Below are positions 32,471 to 42,591 of a DNA stretch of 64,000 nt, piece by piece. Every line of letters begins with the position of its first letter. Position 1 is the stretch's first letter. A program made the position numbers and the translations under genes. Source of the DNA: Candidatus Parcubacteria bacterium (lineage in GTDB: Bacteria > Patescibacteriota > Saccharimonadia > UBA4664 > JBIOIQ01); NCBI GenBank assembly GCA_963718875.1, contig OY970378.1:605373-669372 (forward strand). Reading direction: 5' to 3'. The notes below the pieces were generated by a model. The model was not told the origin of the DNA. It ran no database searches and saw only the letters and a list, made by a program, of their open reading frames with translations.

Positions 32471-33541
32471 ATGAACGATATTAATCAAATTTCCAATCGC
32501 ACAGTCTTTCGTATTTTAGCCTTAGCCACGGGGTTTGTGGCGCTTATATGGATTGTGTTTCATATGCAACACATACTGACGTGGCTTGCAATATCTTTCT
32601 TTTTGGCAGTTGCCATTAATCCGGCAGTTGAGTTTTTTGCAAAATATATGCCACGTAAAAGTCGCGCGTTAGCCGCTGGAGCTGTTTTTGCCCTAGTAAC
32701 AAGCGTATTTGTGTTTTTAATGGTGGCACTTGTACCGCCGTTGATTAGCCAAACGCAAGAACTAATTAAAAAAATTCCTGAGTTTTCTACCACTCTAGAA
32801 AAGTCCGATTTGCCCATTGCTGAACTTGCCCGTAAGTACAACATAGTTAGCCAAATTAAGGCCAATGAGTCGCGCATTGCCTCAGAAATTACTAAGCTGA
32901 GCGGCTCCGCGCTTGATTTAGCTCGGGTGGCTCTTAGCAGCTTTATAGCCACTATAACGGTAATGGTGCTAACATTTTTTATGCTTATAGAGGGACCTAA
33001 ATGGATTGCGACTTTGAGGAGACACCAAGGTCAAACTAATTTAGCTCGTAGCGATGACCTTATGGGTAAAATGTACAAAGCTGTAACTGGTTGGGTAACG
33101 GGAAACCTCTTAACTAGCTTAATAGCTGCCGTTACTACTACTTTAATGTTGTCTGTGCTACGAGTGCCATTCTCTATCCCTCTCGGGTTATTGATTGGTT
33201 TGTTTGACCTTATACCACTGGTGGGTGCAGCACTTGGGGCAGTTGTGGTTGTGGCAGTTTGCTTATTTAGCTCGGCTACAACCGCCCTAATAATGTTGGT
33301 ATATTTTTTGATATACCAACAGGTTGAAAACCATCTATTACAGCCTCTAATATATAGCCGTACTATCCAATTATCGCCGCTATTAGTTATGGTATCGGCC
33401 TTGATGGGGGCTGAACTGAGTGGTTTTGTAGGAGCTTTGGTGGCAATCCCTGTAGCCGCAAGTCTACAAATACTTGCCAAGGATTTGTTAAGTCGAAGAA
33501 AACTACGTGCAGCTAAAGCTAGCTCAGAACCAGCTAGCTAA
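32471..33541 (+). CDS. AI-2E family transporter
   Basis: LIPLVG, YQQVENHLLQP, LVAIP motifs. Confidence 0.92.
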   Translation: MNDINQISNRTVFRILALATGFVALIWIVFHMQHILTWLAISFFLAVAINPAVEFFAKYMPRKSRALAAGAVFALVTSVFVFLMVALVPPLISQTQELIKKIPEFSTTLEKSDLPIAELARKYNIVSQIKANESRIASEITKLSGSALDLARVALSSFIATITVMVLTFFMLIEGPKWIATLRRHQGQTNLARSDDLMGKMYKAVTGWVTGNLLTSLIAAVTTTLMLSVLRVPFSIPLGLLIGLFDLIPLVGAALGAVVVVAVCLFSSATTALIMLVYFLIYQQVENHLLQPLIYSRTIQLSPLLVMVSALMGAELSGFVGALVAIPVAASLQILAKDLLSRRKLRAAKASSEPAS

Positions 33542-33644
33542 GTCGTTTTAGCCTCTCTTTCGTCTCTGACATTGAGAGAATTATTAGCTTCGTCCACAAT
33601 TAGGATGGATGGGTGGTTTTTAAAAAAATTCACCTGCTGTTTTG

Positions 33645-35063
33645 CTAAATTTTTTTGCGTCTCCAGCGCGGGCCATGAGGGGTGTCGTTGACTTCTATGC
33701 CTAGTTTCATCAGCTCTTTACGAAAAACATCGGCTTGTTTAAAGTTCTCTTGTAACCGAACTTCTTCACGAGAGGCAATAATTTGCCTGGTTTCATCGTC
33801 TATATCATTGCGTTTGGTCAGATTTAACCCTAGCATTTGATCAATACTAACGAGGGCGTCTTTAAACTCTTCGAGGTCGCGTTCGGGCAGGGGGGCTTTT
33901 TGCATCCAATCAACCAATTGACTCAAAGCGGCTATAGCGGTAGGACTGCCTAGATCGTCGTCAAGGGCCTCAGTCATGCTTTTGAGCGTTCCTCTGAGTC
34001 GATTAGTGAAGTCGGGGTTAGAGGCGCCGGGAGAGGCCTGAAATTGCAGGTCAGACCAGCTATATAGACGTAAAAGAAAGTTTTGTGCTGCTCGGAGTGA
34101 CGACCAGGTGAAGTTTAATTCTGAGCGATAATGCGCTTGAAGTACTAATAAGCGAAAAGCTAAAGGGCTGTAATCTTTTCTAGTAAGGTCGGCTAAGGTA
34201 AAGAAGTTTTCGAGCGATTTGGCCATTCTTTGGCCGTCAACTAAAATAAATTCTGCGTGAGCCCACACGTTAGACAGAGGTGCGCTATTAGCTGATTCAC
34301 TTTGAGCGATTTCGTTAGTATGATGGGTGCCAATTAAATCCACACCTCCGGTATGTATGTCTATGGTACTCCCCAAGGCGGCTTTTATAATAGCAGAACA
34401 TTCGATGTGCCAGCCAGGAAAGCCTTCTCCCCAAGGGCTAGCCCATCGCATGGAGTGGTCTTTAAAATGTTCCACTGTAAAAAACCACACTGCAAAATCA
34501 TACGGATGGCGTTTGTCACTGTCAGTTTTTACTTCTGGCCTAGCTCCTACCTCTTTTTCAGATAGTTTTTGGCCAGTTAACTTACCATAATCCGGGGTTT
34601 TGGTGACGTCGAAATAAATGGCTTGCTTTGTTTGATAAACAAAATCTTTGTCCATAAGTTCTTTGACCATCTGTATCTGATTTTCAATATAATCAGTAGC
34701 TTTTTCTAACTTTGTAGCGGGAATTATATTAAGCTTAGAGAGATCATTTTTAAATGCCTCAGTATAGTACTCGGCTACCTCCCAAACTGTTTTACCTTCC
34801 CGCGCAGCGCCCTTTTCAAGTTTATCTTCGCCCTCATCCGAGTCGCTTACTAAATGACCTACATCTGTGACATTCATGACATGTTGAACCTGGTAATGCT
34901 GTTCTAGGGTGCGACGCAAGGTGTCGTTAAAGATATTTGTTCGTAAATTGCCTAAGTGAGCATAGTTGTAGACGGTTGGACCGCAGGTATAGAGTTTAAT
35001 CTGTCCTGGCGTGATAGGTTCGAGATCGACTTTGTTTCGCGATAAAGTGTTAAAAAGTTTCAT
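33645..35063 (-). CDS. cysS: Cysteine--tRNA ligase
   Basis: YTCGPTVYNYAHLGN, PGWHIECS, RMAKS. Confidence 0.98.
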   Translation of the reverse strand: MKLFNTLSRNKVDLEPITPGQIKLYTCGPTVYNYAHLGNLRTNIFNDTLRRTLEQHYQVQHVMNVTDVGHLVSDSDEGEDKLEKGAAREGKTVWEVAEYYTEAFKNDLSKLNIIPATKLEKATDYIENQIQMVKELMDKDFVYQTKQAIYFDVTKTPDYGKLTGQKLSEKEVGARPEVKTDSDKRHPYDFAVWFFTVEHFKDHSMRWASPWGEGFPGWHIECSAIIKAALGSTIDIHTGGVDLIGTHHTNEIAQSESANSAPLSNVWAHAEFILVDGQRMAKSLENFFTLADLTRKDYSPLAFRLLVLQAHYRSELNFTWSSLRAAQNFLLRLYSWSDLQFQASPGASNPDFTNRLRGTLKSMTEALDDDLGSPTAIAALSQLVDWMQKAPLPERDLEEFKDALVSIDQMLGLNLTKRNDIDDETRQIIASREEVRLQENFKQADVFRKELMKLGIEVNDTPHGPRWRRKKI

Positions 35064-36091
35064 TACTGTAGGAGAGGGGTAATTATTTTTACTAGTTCAG
35101 CTTTGACGTCGTCGGGCTCGCGTCCTTCTACTGTGCACCCGGCTGCTTGATCGTGACCTCCTCCACCGAAGTGTTCGGCAGCTTTGGCGGCAATTGGGGT
35201 GTTGGCACGCATGGAAATCTTGATTTTGCGCCCATATGCTTCGGAATCATAGTTGCGCAAGATTGCAGCTATCTGGACCCCTTTAACAGTACGCATTTCT
35301 TGATTGATCAGGTCGGCTGGGTCATGTCGCTCAGCGTAGGATTTAAGCTCAGTGGGGTTGATAACGGCTATAGCAATTCGACCTTCGGCATAATATTCAA
35401 CGCGTTGTAATAATTCACCCTTGTATTTAAGTAGGTCCGGTTCGAGAGCTCCGGCAATCTCTCGTCTGCGTCTCAGCTCACTTAAATCCACACCTGTGCG
35501 GACCATTTGAGCCACAGCATCGACCGTTTCGGCCGTAGTGGTGGGCGTGGACAAACCCAGGGTATCAGCCATAATGGCCGGAACAATGGCTTTGGCGGCT
35601 TGTTCATTTATGGTCCAGCCAAGTTGATTGCAGATTTTTACTAACAGTTCCCCCGTAGCTGCTGTGCCAGGATCAATAACATCGATACTGGGAAATGCCA
35701 TTGGTTTTCTAGTTTTGTGGTGGTCTAGAATGACAAACGGCTTACTTTGTAGAGCTGTTCCGTGTTTGGCTAGAGTTCGCTCCATTTGCTGAGGGTCACC
35801 AAAGTCGACGGCTACGGTAATATCAAAATCTGCTGGGAACTCGTCGCTGACTCGGTCCCAGCCGTCAAATATGCGCAAATAGGTTGGTACAGGGTCTTTA
35901 CAATACATAACGACCTCTTTACTGAGATCCCCCAATATCTCTTCAAGTGCTAAACTCGCACCAATGCTGTCGGTGTCAGGCTTTTCTGGTTGGAGAACCA
36001 AGATTTTTTGAGACCTGGCCACGAGCTTTTCGAACTGAGCGATGGCTGTTTCAATTTCGGTTATTGCTTGGGTAGGTGTAGGGTTATTCAA
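35063..36091 (-). CDS. nrnA: DHH/DHHA1 phosphoesterase (NrnA-like)
   Basis: PDTDS, LDHH, GGGGH..AAG. Confidence 0.85.
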   Translation of the reverse strand: MNNPTPTQAITEIETAIAQFEKLVARSQKILVLQPEKPDTDSIGASLALEEILGDLSKEVVMYCKDPVPTYLRIFDGWDRVSDEFPADFDITVAVDFGDPQQMERTLAKHGTALQSKPFVILDHHKTRKPMAFPSIDVIDPGTAATGELLVKICNQLGWTINEQAAKAIVPAIMADTLGLSTPTTTAETVDAVAQMVRTGVDLSELRRRREIAGALEPDLLKYKGELLQRVEYYAEGRIAIAVINPTELKSYAERHDPADLINQEMRTVKGVQIAAILRNYDSEAYGRKIKISMRANTPIAAKAAEHFGGGGHDQAAGCTVEGREPDDVKAELVKIITPLLQ

Positions 36092-36686
36092 AGGATTGTC
36101 TTCCTTGTAAGGCGCGGCCTAATGTTATCTGATCAGCATACTCTAAATCGCCGCCTACGGGAAGTCCCCTAGCTAAGCGAGAAACCTTTATAGGCGAGTC
36201 TTCAAGTTGTTTGCGGATATATAGAGCAGTGGCCTCGCCTTCTGTAATGGGGTTGGTGGCTAAAATTAATTCTTCTATACTGCCATTTTCTAACCTTCTA
36301 AGCAGGGCTGAAATTGTTAGTTCATCTGGTCCTATACCATCAAGAGGCGAAATTACTCCACCCAGCACGTGGTACAAGCCGTTGTATTGGCCAGTTTTTT
36401 CAATAGCCACGACGTCTAAAGGTTCTTCTACAACAGCAATGATGGTTTGGTCTCGTTTGGTACTAGCGCAAATTTCACATTGGTGATTTTCTGACAGATT
36501 GTGGCAGGTGTGGCAAAATTTAATAGACCCGTGCAAATTTAGCAAAGCCTGGCCAAGCTGTTCGCTGGCTTGTGGTTGGCTTTTGAGTAGGTAAAACGTT
36601 AAACGCTCAGCACTCCGAGGGCCGATTCCAGGTAGCCGAGCAAACTCTTCAATTACCTGGCGGATTGATTTGGGGATCAGTTGCAT
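36084..36686 (-). CDS. recR: Recombination protein RecR
   Basis: LPGIGPRSAERL, C4 zinc finger, YHVLGGVISP, TOPRIM; start set at MQLIPKS. Confidence 0.97.
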   Translation of the reverse strand: MQLIPKSIRQVIEEFARLPGIGPRSAERLTFYLLKSQPQASEQLGQALLNLHGSIKFCHTCHNLSENHQCEICASTKRDQTIIAVVEEPLDVVAIEKTGQYNGLYHVLGGVISPLDGIGPDELTISALLRRLENGSIEELILATNPITEGEATALYIRKQLEDSPIKVSRLARGLPVGGDLEYADQITLGRALQGRQSFE

Positions 36687-36689
36687 TAG

Positions 36690-36823
36690 CAATCTCCAAG
36701 AGACAAGATGCAAGATACAAACAAGCCACAAGTTTCAAACCCTAAATTCCAGACATCATTTGGCATTTGGCTATTGGTGCTTGAGTATTGTTTGGTCATT
36801 GTTCTTGTAGCTTGTATTCTTTG
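36690..36823. repeat. Heptamer-periodic imperfect hairpin between ybaB and recR
   Basis: CAAGAGA-CAAGATG-CAAGATA-CAAACAA ... TTGGCAT-TTGGCTA-TTGGTGC...CTTGTAG-CTTGTAT. Confidence 0.65.
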
Positions 36824-37105
36824 CTAGAGTCCGGGCAGCCCTAAGCCACCAGCAACAGACTTCATTTTGTCCGCGGCAACTTGTTGGGATCGTGTGATGG
36901 CTTGTGACACGGCGGATTCAATGTTTTTTTCTAGGTGGTCGATGTCGTCCAGATCAATCTTGGAGCGATCAAGCTTTATTTCCTTAATCTTTTGCTCTCC
37001 ATTAATCCTAACTGTAACCGCTCCCGCTTCAATTTCGATCATTTCCTTTGCCAAGGCGGACTGAATTTTTTTTAGTTCAAAAATGGCTTTGGCTTTATCA
37101 AACAT
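36824..37105 (-). CDS. ybaB: YbaB/EbfC nucleoid-associated protein
   Basis: GAVTVRINGEQKIKEI, GGLGLPGL C-terminus; directly upstream of recR. Confidence 0.9.
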   Translation of the reverse strand: MFDKAKAIFELKKIQSALAKEMIEIEAGAVTVRINGEQKIKEIKLDRSKIDLDDIDHLEKNIESAVSQAITRSQQVAADKMKSVAGGLGLPGL

Positions 37106-37196
37106 CTGGATTCTCCCATTACATTAGACCTATTTTATACGAATTTTGCCTTGAGTGATAGACGTGAGGGGTTATGGCTTTGTTCACTAAAATGAA

Positions 37197-37558
37197 AACA
37201 GCCAGACTTTTAAGTAATGTGAATGGATCTCTAAACAGCTCACGGTGGCCCTTCCTTGATTTGTAACTCTCTAATAATGTCGGAATCATCACAAGTACCA
37301 TCTCTATAAGTATCTAACATATGAGCTCTTAGCTGGACCTCTTGCACCTTCTAAGTATTTTATATCACCAAAAGTAATAATATATTAGTACTTTTGGTGA
37401 TATAAAATGGCTAGAGGATTAAGCCTCCAGGAGGGGTAGGAATACAGTTTTTAAAAAGATGCCACACAGACACTAACTAAAAGAAGCATTTGCGAGTTAG
37501 CTACGAACTAAATCGTAGATTGTTTCGCTTTAATGTAATAAACCAAGCGTTATATTAA
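37197..37558. repeat. Non-coding repeat copy A (homologous to 42287-42587)
   Basis: Collinear identical blocks of 13, 10, 19 and 25 nt shared with copy B; extra inserted hairpin at about 37357-37408. Confidence 0.85.
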
Positions 37559-37631
37559 ACGAGGCGAGTTGAGATAGAGCGATGAAAAATCGCTTATGCT
37601 ATACTTTAAAAATCTAAATACCCTTTTTTTT

Positions 37632-39455
37632 ATGCCAACTGTTTTTCAAATAATAAAACGCTATCACTATGCCATAGTTGGTGGTTTACTATGTCTAATG
37701 TTTGGTCTTGGCGTAACAAGTATGTCGCATGACTCGGCTATAATTGACGAAATTGCACACATACCCGCAGGGTATATAAACCTTCATTATGGTGATTATC
37801 GTCTTAACCCTGAACACCCTCCGTTAATTAAAGCTTTGTCGGCTGTACCACTGCAGTTTATGAAGCTAGTTTTTCCGCTTAATATTGCTGCCTGGACTAC
37901 GGACGTAAACGGGCAATGGGAAAGTGGTTGGCATTTTTTGTATCACGAAGGCAATAATGCTGATAAGATCTTATTTTTTTCTCGGCTACCAATTTTACTT
38001 TTGTCGGTTGCGTTTGCGGCTTTGTTCTATGAAATAATTCGTCGTAATTTTGGCATGGCGGTTGGGCTTATAGCGGTGTTTTTGTATTCGCTTGAGCCTA
38101 ATATCCTAGCTCATTCACGTCTAGTAACAACTGACATTGGGGTTACAGTGTTTACGTTTTTGGCTGTTTATAGTTTTGTAAAATTTCTACAAAAACCGAC
38201 ATTCAAAGCAGGAGTCGTAGCAGCAATGTTTCTAGCTGTTGCCCAATTATCAAAATTCTCAGCTGTTATTTTAGTGCCGCTATACATTGGGTTGGCCATA
38301 ATTGCAGTTATTTGCTGGGACAAGCCCGATCAATGGCAGAAACGTTTTAAGGTTTTTGGATTGGGGTTTGTCGGTATCGGTCTTGCAGCTTTAGTAATGG
38401 TTTGGTTGGTTTACGTGCCACTAACTATAAATATGCCGGAAGCTGTTCAGCAAAAGCTGGTAGAAGGGTCGCTGACTAAAGGGTGGGCGCGTGATATTGG
38501 TCTGACTATCGTGGGATATAACCATATCCCAGGTGTAAAAGCTATTGTGCAGTATATTCTAGGGGTATTGATGGTGATAGGTCGTGTCGGGGGTGGGAAC
38601 ACGACCTATTTCTTAGGGACTGTAAGTAACCAGAGTTTTGTTTGGTTCTTTCCTCTAACATATCTTATAAAAACTCCTATCCCTCTTTTGATACTTATTA
38701 TTACTGCACTTTACTTGGGGGCAATAAAGTATTTAAAAAATCGGCCGTTTAAGGTTTGGTCACATTTTAGGCAATTTGCACAAAAACATTTTTTGCGTTT
38801 AGCAGCTTTGTTATATGTGATAATTTATGCTTTTACCTCAATTTCGGGTAATCTTAATCTCGGTATACGTCATCTTTTGTCCATGTTTCCTTTTATTTTG
38901 ATGCTGGTAGCTTATTCGAGCGTTACTCTGGTGCGCAAAACGAAGCTTAAACGTGTGTGGGTGGTGAGTATAACTGTGTTTTTGACGGGATATTATGCTT
39001 TAGCAAATCTTTTAACCCACCCTTCTTACATTGCCTACTTTAACGAGTTAATTGGTGGTCCGGGAAATGCTTACAAATACGTGACTGATTCTAGCATAGA
39101 CTGGGGTCAAGATTTGTTAAGGTTGCGAGATTATGTAGATAAAAACAATATAGAGAAAATTGCGGTTGATTATTTTGGTGGGGGTGAACCCAAATATTAC
39201 TTCTGTGAGCGGAAGTATAGTCCTGATCGGAGCTTAATTAAAAATGCTAGTGGTTATGACTGCAGCCACTCGCCGTATGTTGAATGGCATGCCCAAAACG
39301 GTCTGTATAGAGGCTATATGGCTATTTCGGAGACCTTCTTAATGAATGACTTGTATTATGCTCCATTTAGGGGTGATATTGGTTATAGTGCTCTACGCCA
39401 GATGCTCCCAATAGCAAAAATCGGCAACTCAATTTACGTTTATAAGATCCCATGA
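37632..39455 (+). CDS. GT-C (family 39/PMT-like) glycosyltransferase
   Basis: DEIAH, NPEHPPL, LVTTD, DSSIDWGQD; multi-TM (alternative start 37596). Confidence 0.88.
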   Translation: MPTVFQIIKRYHYAIVGGLLCLMFGLGVTSMSHDSAIIDEIAHIPAGYINLHYGDYRLNPEHPPLIKALSAVPLQFMKLVFPLNIAAWTTDVNGQWESGWHFLYHEGNNADKILFFSRLPILLLSVAFAALFYEIIRRNFGMAVGLIAVFLYSLEPNILAHSRLVTTDIGVTVFTFLAVYSFVKFLQKPTFKAGVVAAMFLAVAQLSKFSAVILVPLYIGLAIIAVICWDKPDQWQKRFKVFGLGFVGIGLAALVMVWLVYVPLTINMPEAVQQKLVEGSLTKGWARDIGLTIVGYNHIPGVKAIVQYILGVLMVIGRVGGGNTTYFLGTVSNQSFVWFFPLTYLIKTPIPLLILIITALYLGAIKYLKNRPFKVWSHFRQFAQKHFLRLAALLYVIIYAFTSISGNLNLGIRHLLSMFPFILMLVAYSSVTLVRKTKLKRVWVVSITVFLTGYYALANLLTHPSYIAYFNELIGGPGNAYKYVTDSSIDWGQDLLRLRDYVDKNNIEKIAVDYFGGGEPKYYFCERKYSPDRSLIKNASGYDCSHSPYVEWHAQNGLYRGYMAISETFLMNDLYYAPFRGDIGYSALRQMLPIAKIGNSIYVYKIP

Positions 39456-39467
39456 TTTTTTCGTTTG

Positions 39468-40226
39468 CTACTTTTTGGCTTTGGAAGGTTGATAGATAAA
39501 TGTTTTGTCGCGGTAACGCCCATTAGCTGCATTCCAGCGAATTGTAATCATATCCAGGAACATAGCGACTGAAGTCTTGAGAGCCGATTCCCCTACTAGT
39601 CCATCTTGCTTAAACTCCTGCCAGTCGTCGGCTGGGAAGGTCTCGATTGAATACCCTAGCCGTTTTGCAATAAGAAGAAGTTCCATGTCGAATGCCCAGC
39701 CGACTGTAATTTGGCGTCCAAAAATTTCGGCTGATGCCTGAGCTTCAAAAACCTTGAAGCCGCATTGGGTGTCCTTTATCCCCGGAACAATTAGTGTCTG
39801 CGTTAACAGGTTACCAAACTCAGATAAGTATTTACGCAAGCCTTTGTGGGTAGAGTTGATGTTCCTGACTGCGATTCCCACTTTGGCTCCTTGATCTATA
39901 AGCCTAGCAACGTCATCAAGGTGGTGTAAGGGAGTGGCTAAATCGGCATCCATAAATAGCTTATATCGTCCTTTGGCTTCAAACATGCCAGCACGTACTG
40001 CCCCACCTTTGCCGGCTCGTTTGCCTAGTTCTATCACACGGAAATTCTGAAAATATTGAGCGTCATGTTTGGCGACTGCAGCAGTGTCGTCGTCGCTTTG
40101 GCTTACAACCAGAACTTCCACAGTGCCATAATGGTGGGTTTTTAAATAAGTTGCCAGCTGTCGCAAACTGCTTTCGATTCGCTCAGCCTCATGGTAGACG
40201 GGTATAATGATACTTAGATCAATCAT
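39468..40226 (-). CDS. GT2 polyprenyl-phosphate glycosyltransferase (Alg5-like)
   Basis: SIIIPVYHE, GKGGAVRAG, FMDAD, DTQCGFK, WAFDMELL. Confidence 0.92.
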   Translation of the reverse strand: MIDLSIIIPVYHEAERIESSLRQLATYLKTHHYGTVEVLVVSQSDDDTAAVAKHDAQYFQNFRVIELGKRAGKGGAVRAGMFEAKGRYKLFMDADLATPLHHLDDVARLIDQGAKVGIAVRNINSTHKGLRKYLSEFGNLLTQTLIVPGIKDTQCGFKVFEAQASAEIFGRQITVGWAFDMELLLIAKRLGYSIETFPADDWQEFKQDGLVGESALKTSVAMFLDMITIRWNAANGRYRDKTFIYQPSKAKK

Positions 40227-40227
40227 T

Positions 40228-41754
40228 TCAAGGGTTGACTTGGTAAACTGCAAATAGCTGGTTATTGTCGTTGAATTCCGAATAGTGTTGAGATAACTTT
40301 GCTTTGGGATAGCGCTTTTTAAGCTCTGCTATAACGTCGTTTTGCTGAGGGGTAATGAAAATAACTTCAATAGGGGTTGAAGCGTCTGGAAGTGATGCAA
40401 TTTGAGTATCTTTAATTTCAGTATAGTTAGATTTTGACGTAGTAAGGTACTTAATAGTGTAGCTGCTGATATCTTCCGTGATTACGTAACGCGTTTTGTC
40501 TGGCTTAGCTCGGTTCAAATAGTTTGCTACGGCAGTGGAGTTTTCGTTATATGCCGTATAGACTTCTGGTGATTTTGCCCAGGCGACGAAGTATTGCTTG
40601 TGACTCTGGTAAACACTCATTAACAACAGCAGTACAATTGGAACGGTTCCGAGAGTTCTGGCAGCAGAGTTTATAGGAAACGTACTGTACCAAACATCGA
40701 GCATATATATTATCCCCAGTGCGGCGATAGCAAAGATTACCGGAGCTGCTATTAGTGCCAACAAACTATTCGGCGTTCCTGACGATGCCATCATAGCCGG
40801 TATCAGTAGCGAGCCAAATAAGATTAGTAAAACTCGGTAGCGGGCTTGGCTGATCCGCATAATGCACACTAGTAGCCCAACTAAAAACATTAATCCTACA
40901 AACAAGTTTAATTCTGGAGTACCACCGATGTTGTAATGGAAATCGTTGTCGCCGTGAATATTGAACATGCCCAAGGTTTGGGAAACGCGACTTGCCGCTG
41001 AGCTAAAATCCCCAACTGTAACTTGGGTTAGTTGTATGTTATTGCTTGATAATCTAAACCCAATCGTCGGTATTCCTAGTAATAGGGCAGCCCCCAGTAC
41101 TAGCCCCAAGCGCCTTACGAGTTTTTTGTCGAATTTTCGACGCAACAAGAGCAGTGGAACGATTGCTAAAGCCAGTCCAATCAAAAACCATAAACCAGCT
41201 ATACTGGCCGTAGAGATGCCAAGGGCTGCCCCTGCTGCAAGTTGCCATACAAGTCGCTTGCTACGCATTGCCAACGTCAGTAGCCATAGTACGGTTGGAA
41301 CTATTACAATGGTTCCAGCCGTAGAGATGCCGGTACGCGATAACCCTACGCTCCATGGAGTGACTGCCAGCAATAATGCTGCAATCAGAGCTGTTTTGCG
41401 GCCAAACCAGGAGTTAATCCAGCCATAGGTTACTATAACTCCTACTATTCCGAGTAGAGCCATAGGCAGTCGTAACGCAAATGCAGTCGAGCCATTTAAT
41501 TTAGCGCTAACTGCCATAGCTAGAGTTGTTACGGTTTGACCGAGCCCTTGCTGGAGCAAACCGTTAAAAGACTGGGTTTTATTAATAACATTCATCACTG
41601 AGTTTGCATTCATAGCCTCGGCATCGCTTAATCCTGGAGGTAGGGTGCCGAGCTGTGTAAAGCGAAAGTATATGGCTAGCCCTATAACAACAATCAAACC
41701 GGCTAAATACCGATGATCATAAAGTTTGGTGGTAAGAGATGGTTGTTTGTTCAT
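40228..41754 (-). CDS. GT-C (family 39-like) membrane protein, divergent
   Basis: RFTQLGTLPPGLSDAE, ALRLP, multi-TM. Confidence 0.75.
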   Translation of the reverse strand: MNKQPSLTTKLYDHRYLAGLIVVIGLAIYFRFTQLGTLPPGLSDAEAMNANSVMNVINKTQSFNGLLQQGLGQTVTTLAMAVSAKLNGSTAFALRLPMALLGIVGVIVTYGWINSWFGRKTALIAALLLAVTPWSVGLSRTGISTAGTIVIVPTVLWLLTLAMRSKRLVWQLAAGAALGISTASIAGLWFLIGLALAIVPLLLLRRKFDKKLVRRLGLVLGAALLLGIPTIGFRLSSNNIQLTQVTVGDFSSAASRVSQTLGMFNIHGDNDFHYNIGGTPELNLFVGLMFLVGLLVCIMRISQARYRVLLILFGSLLIPAMMASSGTPNSLLALIAAPVIFAIAALGIIYMLDVWYSTFPINSAARTLGTVPIVLLLLMSVYQSHKQYFVAWAKSPEVYTAYNENSTAVANYLNRAKPDKTRYVITEDISSYTIKYLTTSKSNYTEIKDTQIASLPDASTPIEVIFITPQQNDVIAELKKRYPKAKLSQHYSEFNDNNQLFAVYQVNP

Positions 41755-42203
41755 GAGTGAAACACCAAATATTGAAAAAGTATGAAGTTCCAGCTAAGGC
41801 TAACAAATGTGGCTGCTAGTTTGACCGTGTTTTTATGCACAAACTCATCATGAAATAGCTTATTCAGATTCAGACCGTGTACAATCCGTATCGCAAGCTT
41901 TGGGATTGATTGCCATTTATAGGTAAGAAAGTGAATTATTATATTTTGCAAAACATAAAGTCCAAAAGCGGTTACCAAGTAGAAAGAGCCTATCTGAAGG
42001 AACAAGTTGCCGCCTTGAGCTTTAAAAACGAAACGTTGGTTGGCGAAAAAACTAAAAATCATAGCAATTGTAGTACTAATAATATTTGCGTGGATGCGAG
42101 ATAGTTTAAAACGTTTGCTGGTAAGTATATTATAAATTCCAAAGTCAAGAGCAGTGTTAAATATACCGACTAAGCCAAATTTGGCAATTCTTGTTGCTAG
42201 CAC
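41751..42203 (-). CDS. GtrA family lipid-sugar flippase
   Basis: KFGLVGIFNTALDF, SFFANQRFVF, WNFI..YLVF; AGGAGG RBS. Confidence 0.92.
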   Translation of the reverse strand: MLATRIAKFGLVGIFNTALDFGIYNILTSKRFKLSRIHANIISTTIAMIFSFFANQRFVFKAQGGNLFLQIGSFYLVTAFGLYVLQNIIIHFLTYKWQSIPKLAIRIVHGLNLNKLFHDEFVHKNTVKLAATFVSLSWNFILFQYLVFHS

Positions 42204-42286
42204 CGCGCCTCCTAATCCTTATAAGCATAAGCAAGAAAGCTGTACTTGTAAAGCAACGCTGTGGTAGGTTCTGTCCGCTAATCCGG

Positions 42287-42587
42287 AACGGCTAAACTTT
42301 TAAGTAATCCCACTGGATCTTTAAGGACCTTGCGACGGCTTTTTTTGACACTAAGCTTTATTAACAATGCCGGGAATCATCATGAATATGATCTCTAAAA
42401 GTATCTTCCATACGCTGAATCCAAAAGCGCCTTTCTGTCATCAAGCCCGGACATTCGAGGGAGGGTTGGACTACAATTTTTAAAAAGATGCCACAACAAT
42501 ATTGTAGTTAAAAGAAGCATTTGCGAGTTAGCTCTAACTAGATCGTAGCAGTTCCGTTTTAGAGTAATAAGCCGCCGTGGTATTTAA
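42287..42587. repeat. Non-coding repeat copy B (homologous to 37197-37558)
   Basis: TTTTTAAAAAGATGCCACA (42477-42495) and TAAAAGAAGCATTTGCGAGTTAGCT (42509-42533) identical to copy A. Confidence 0.85.
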
Positions 42588-42591
42588 GGTT

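Noticed and set aside
37119-37301. 60-aa ORF overlapping repeat A; its frame resembles copy B (MIPTLL..DPFTLLKSLAV vs MIPALL..DPVGLLKSLAV)
   Set aside because: Copy B needs a frameshift and stops early, and the longest identical blocks lie outside the ORF. Kept only as an alternative (coding remnant) explanation of the repeat.
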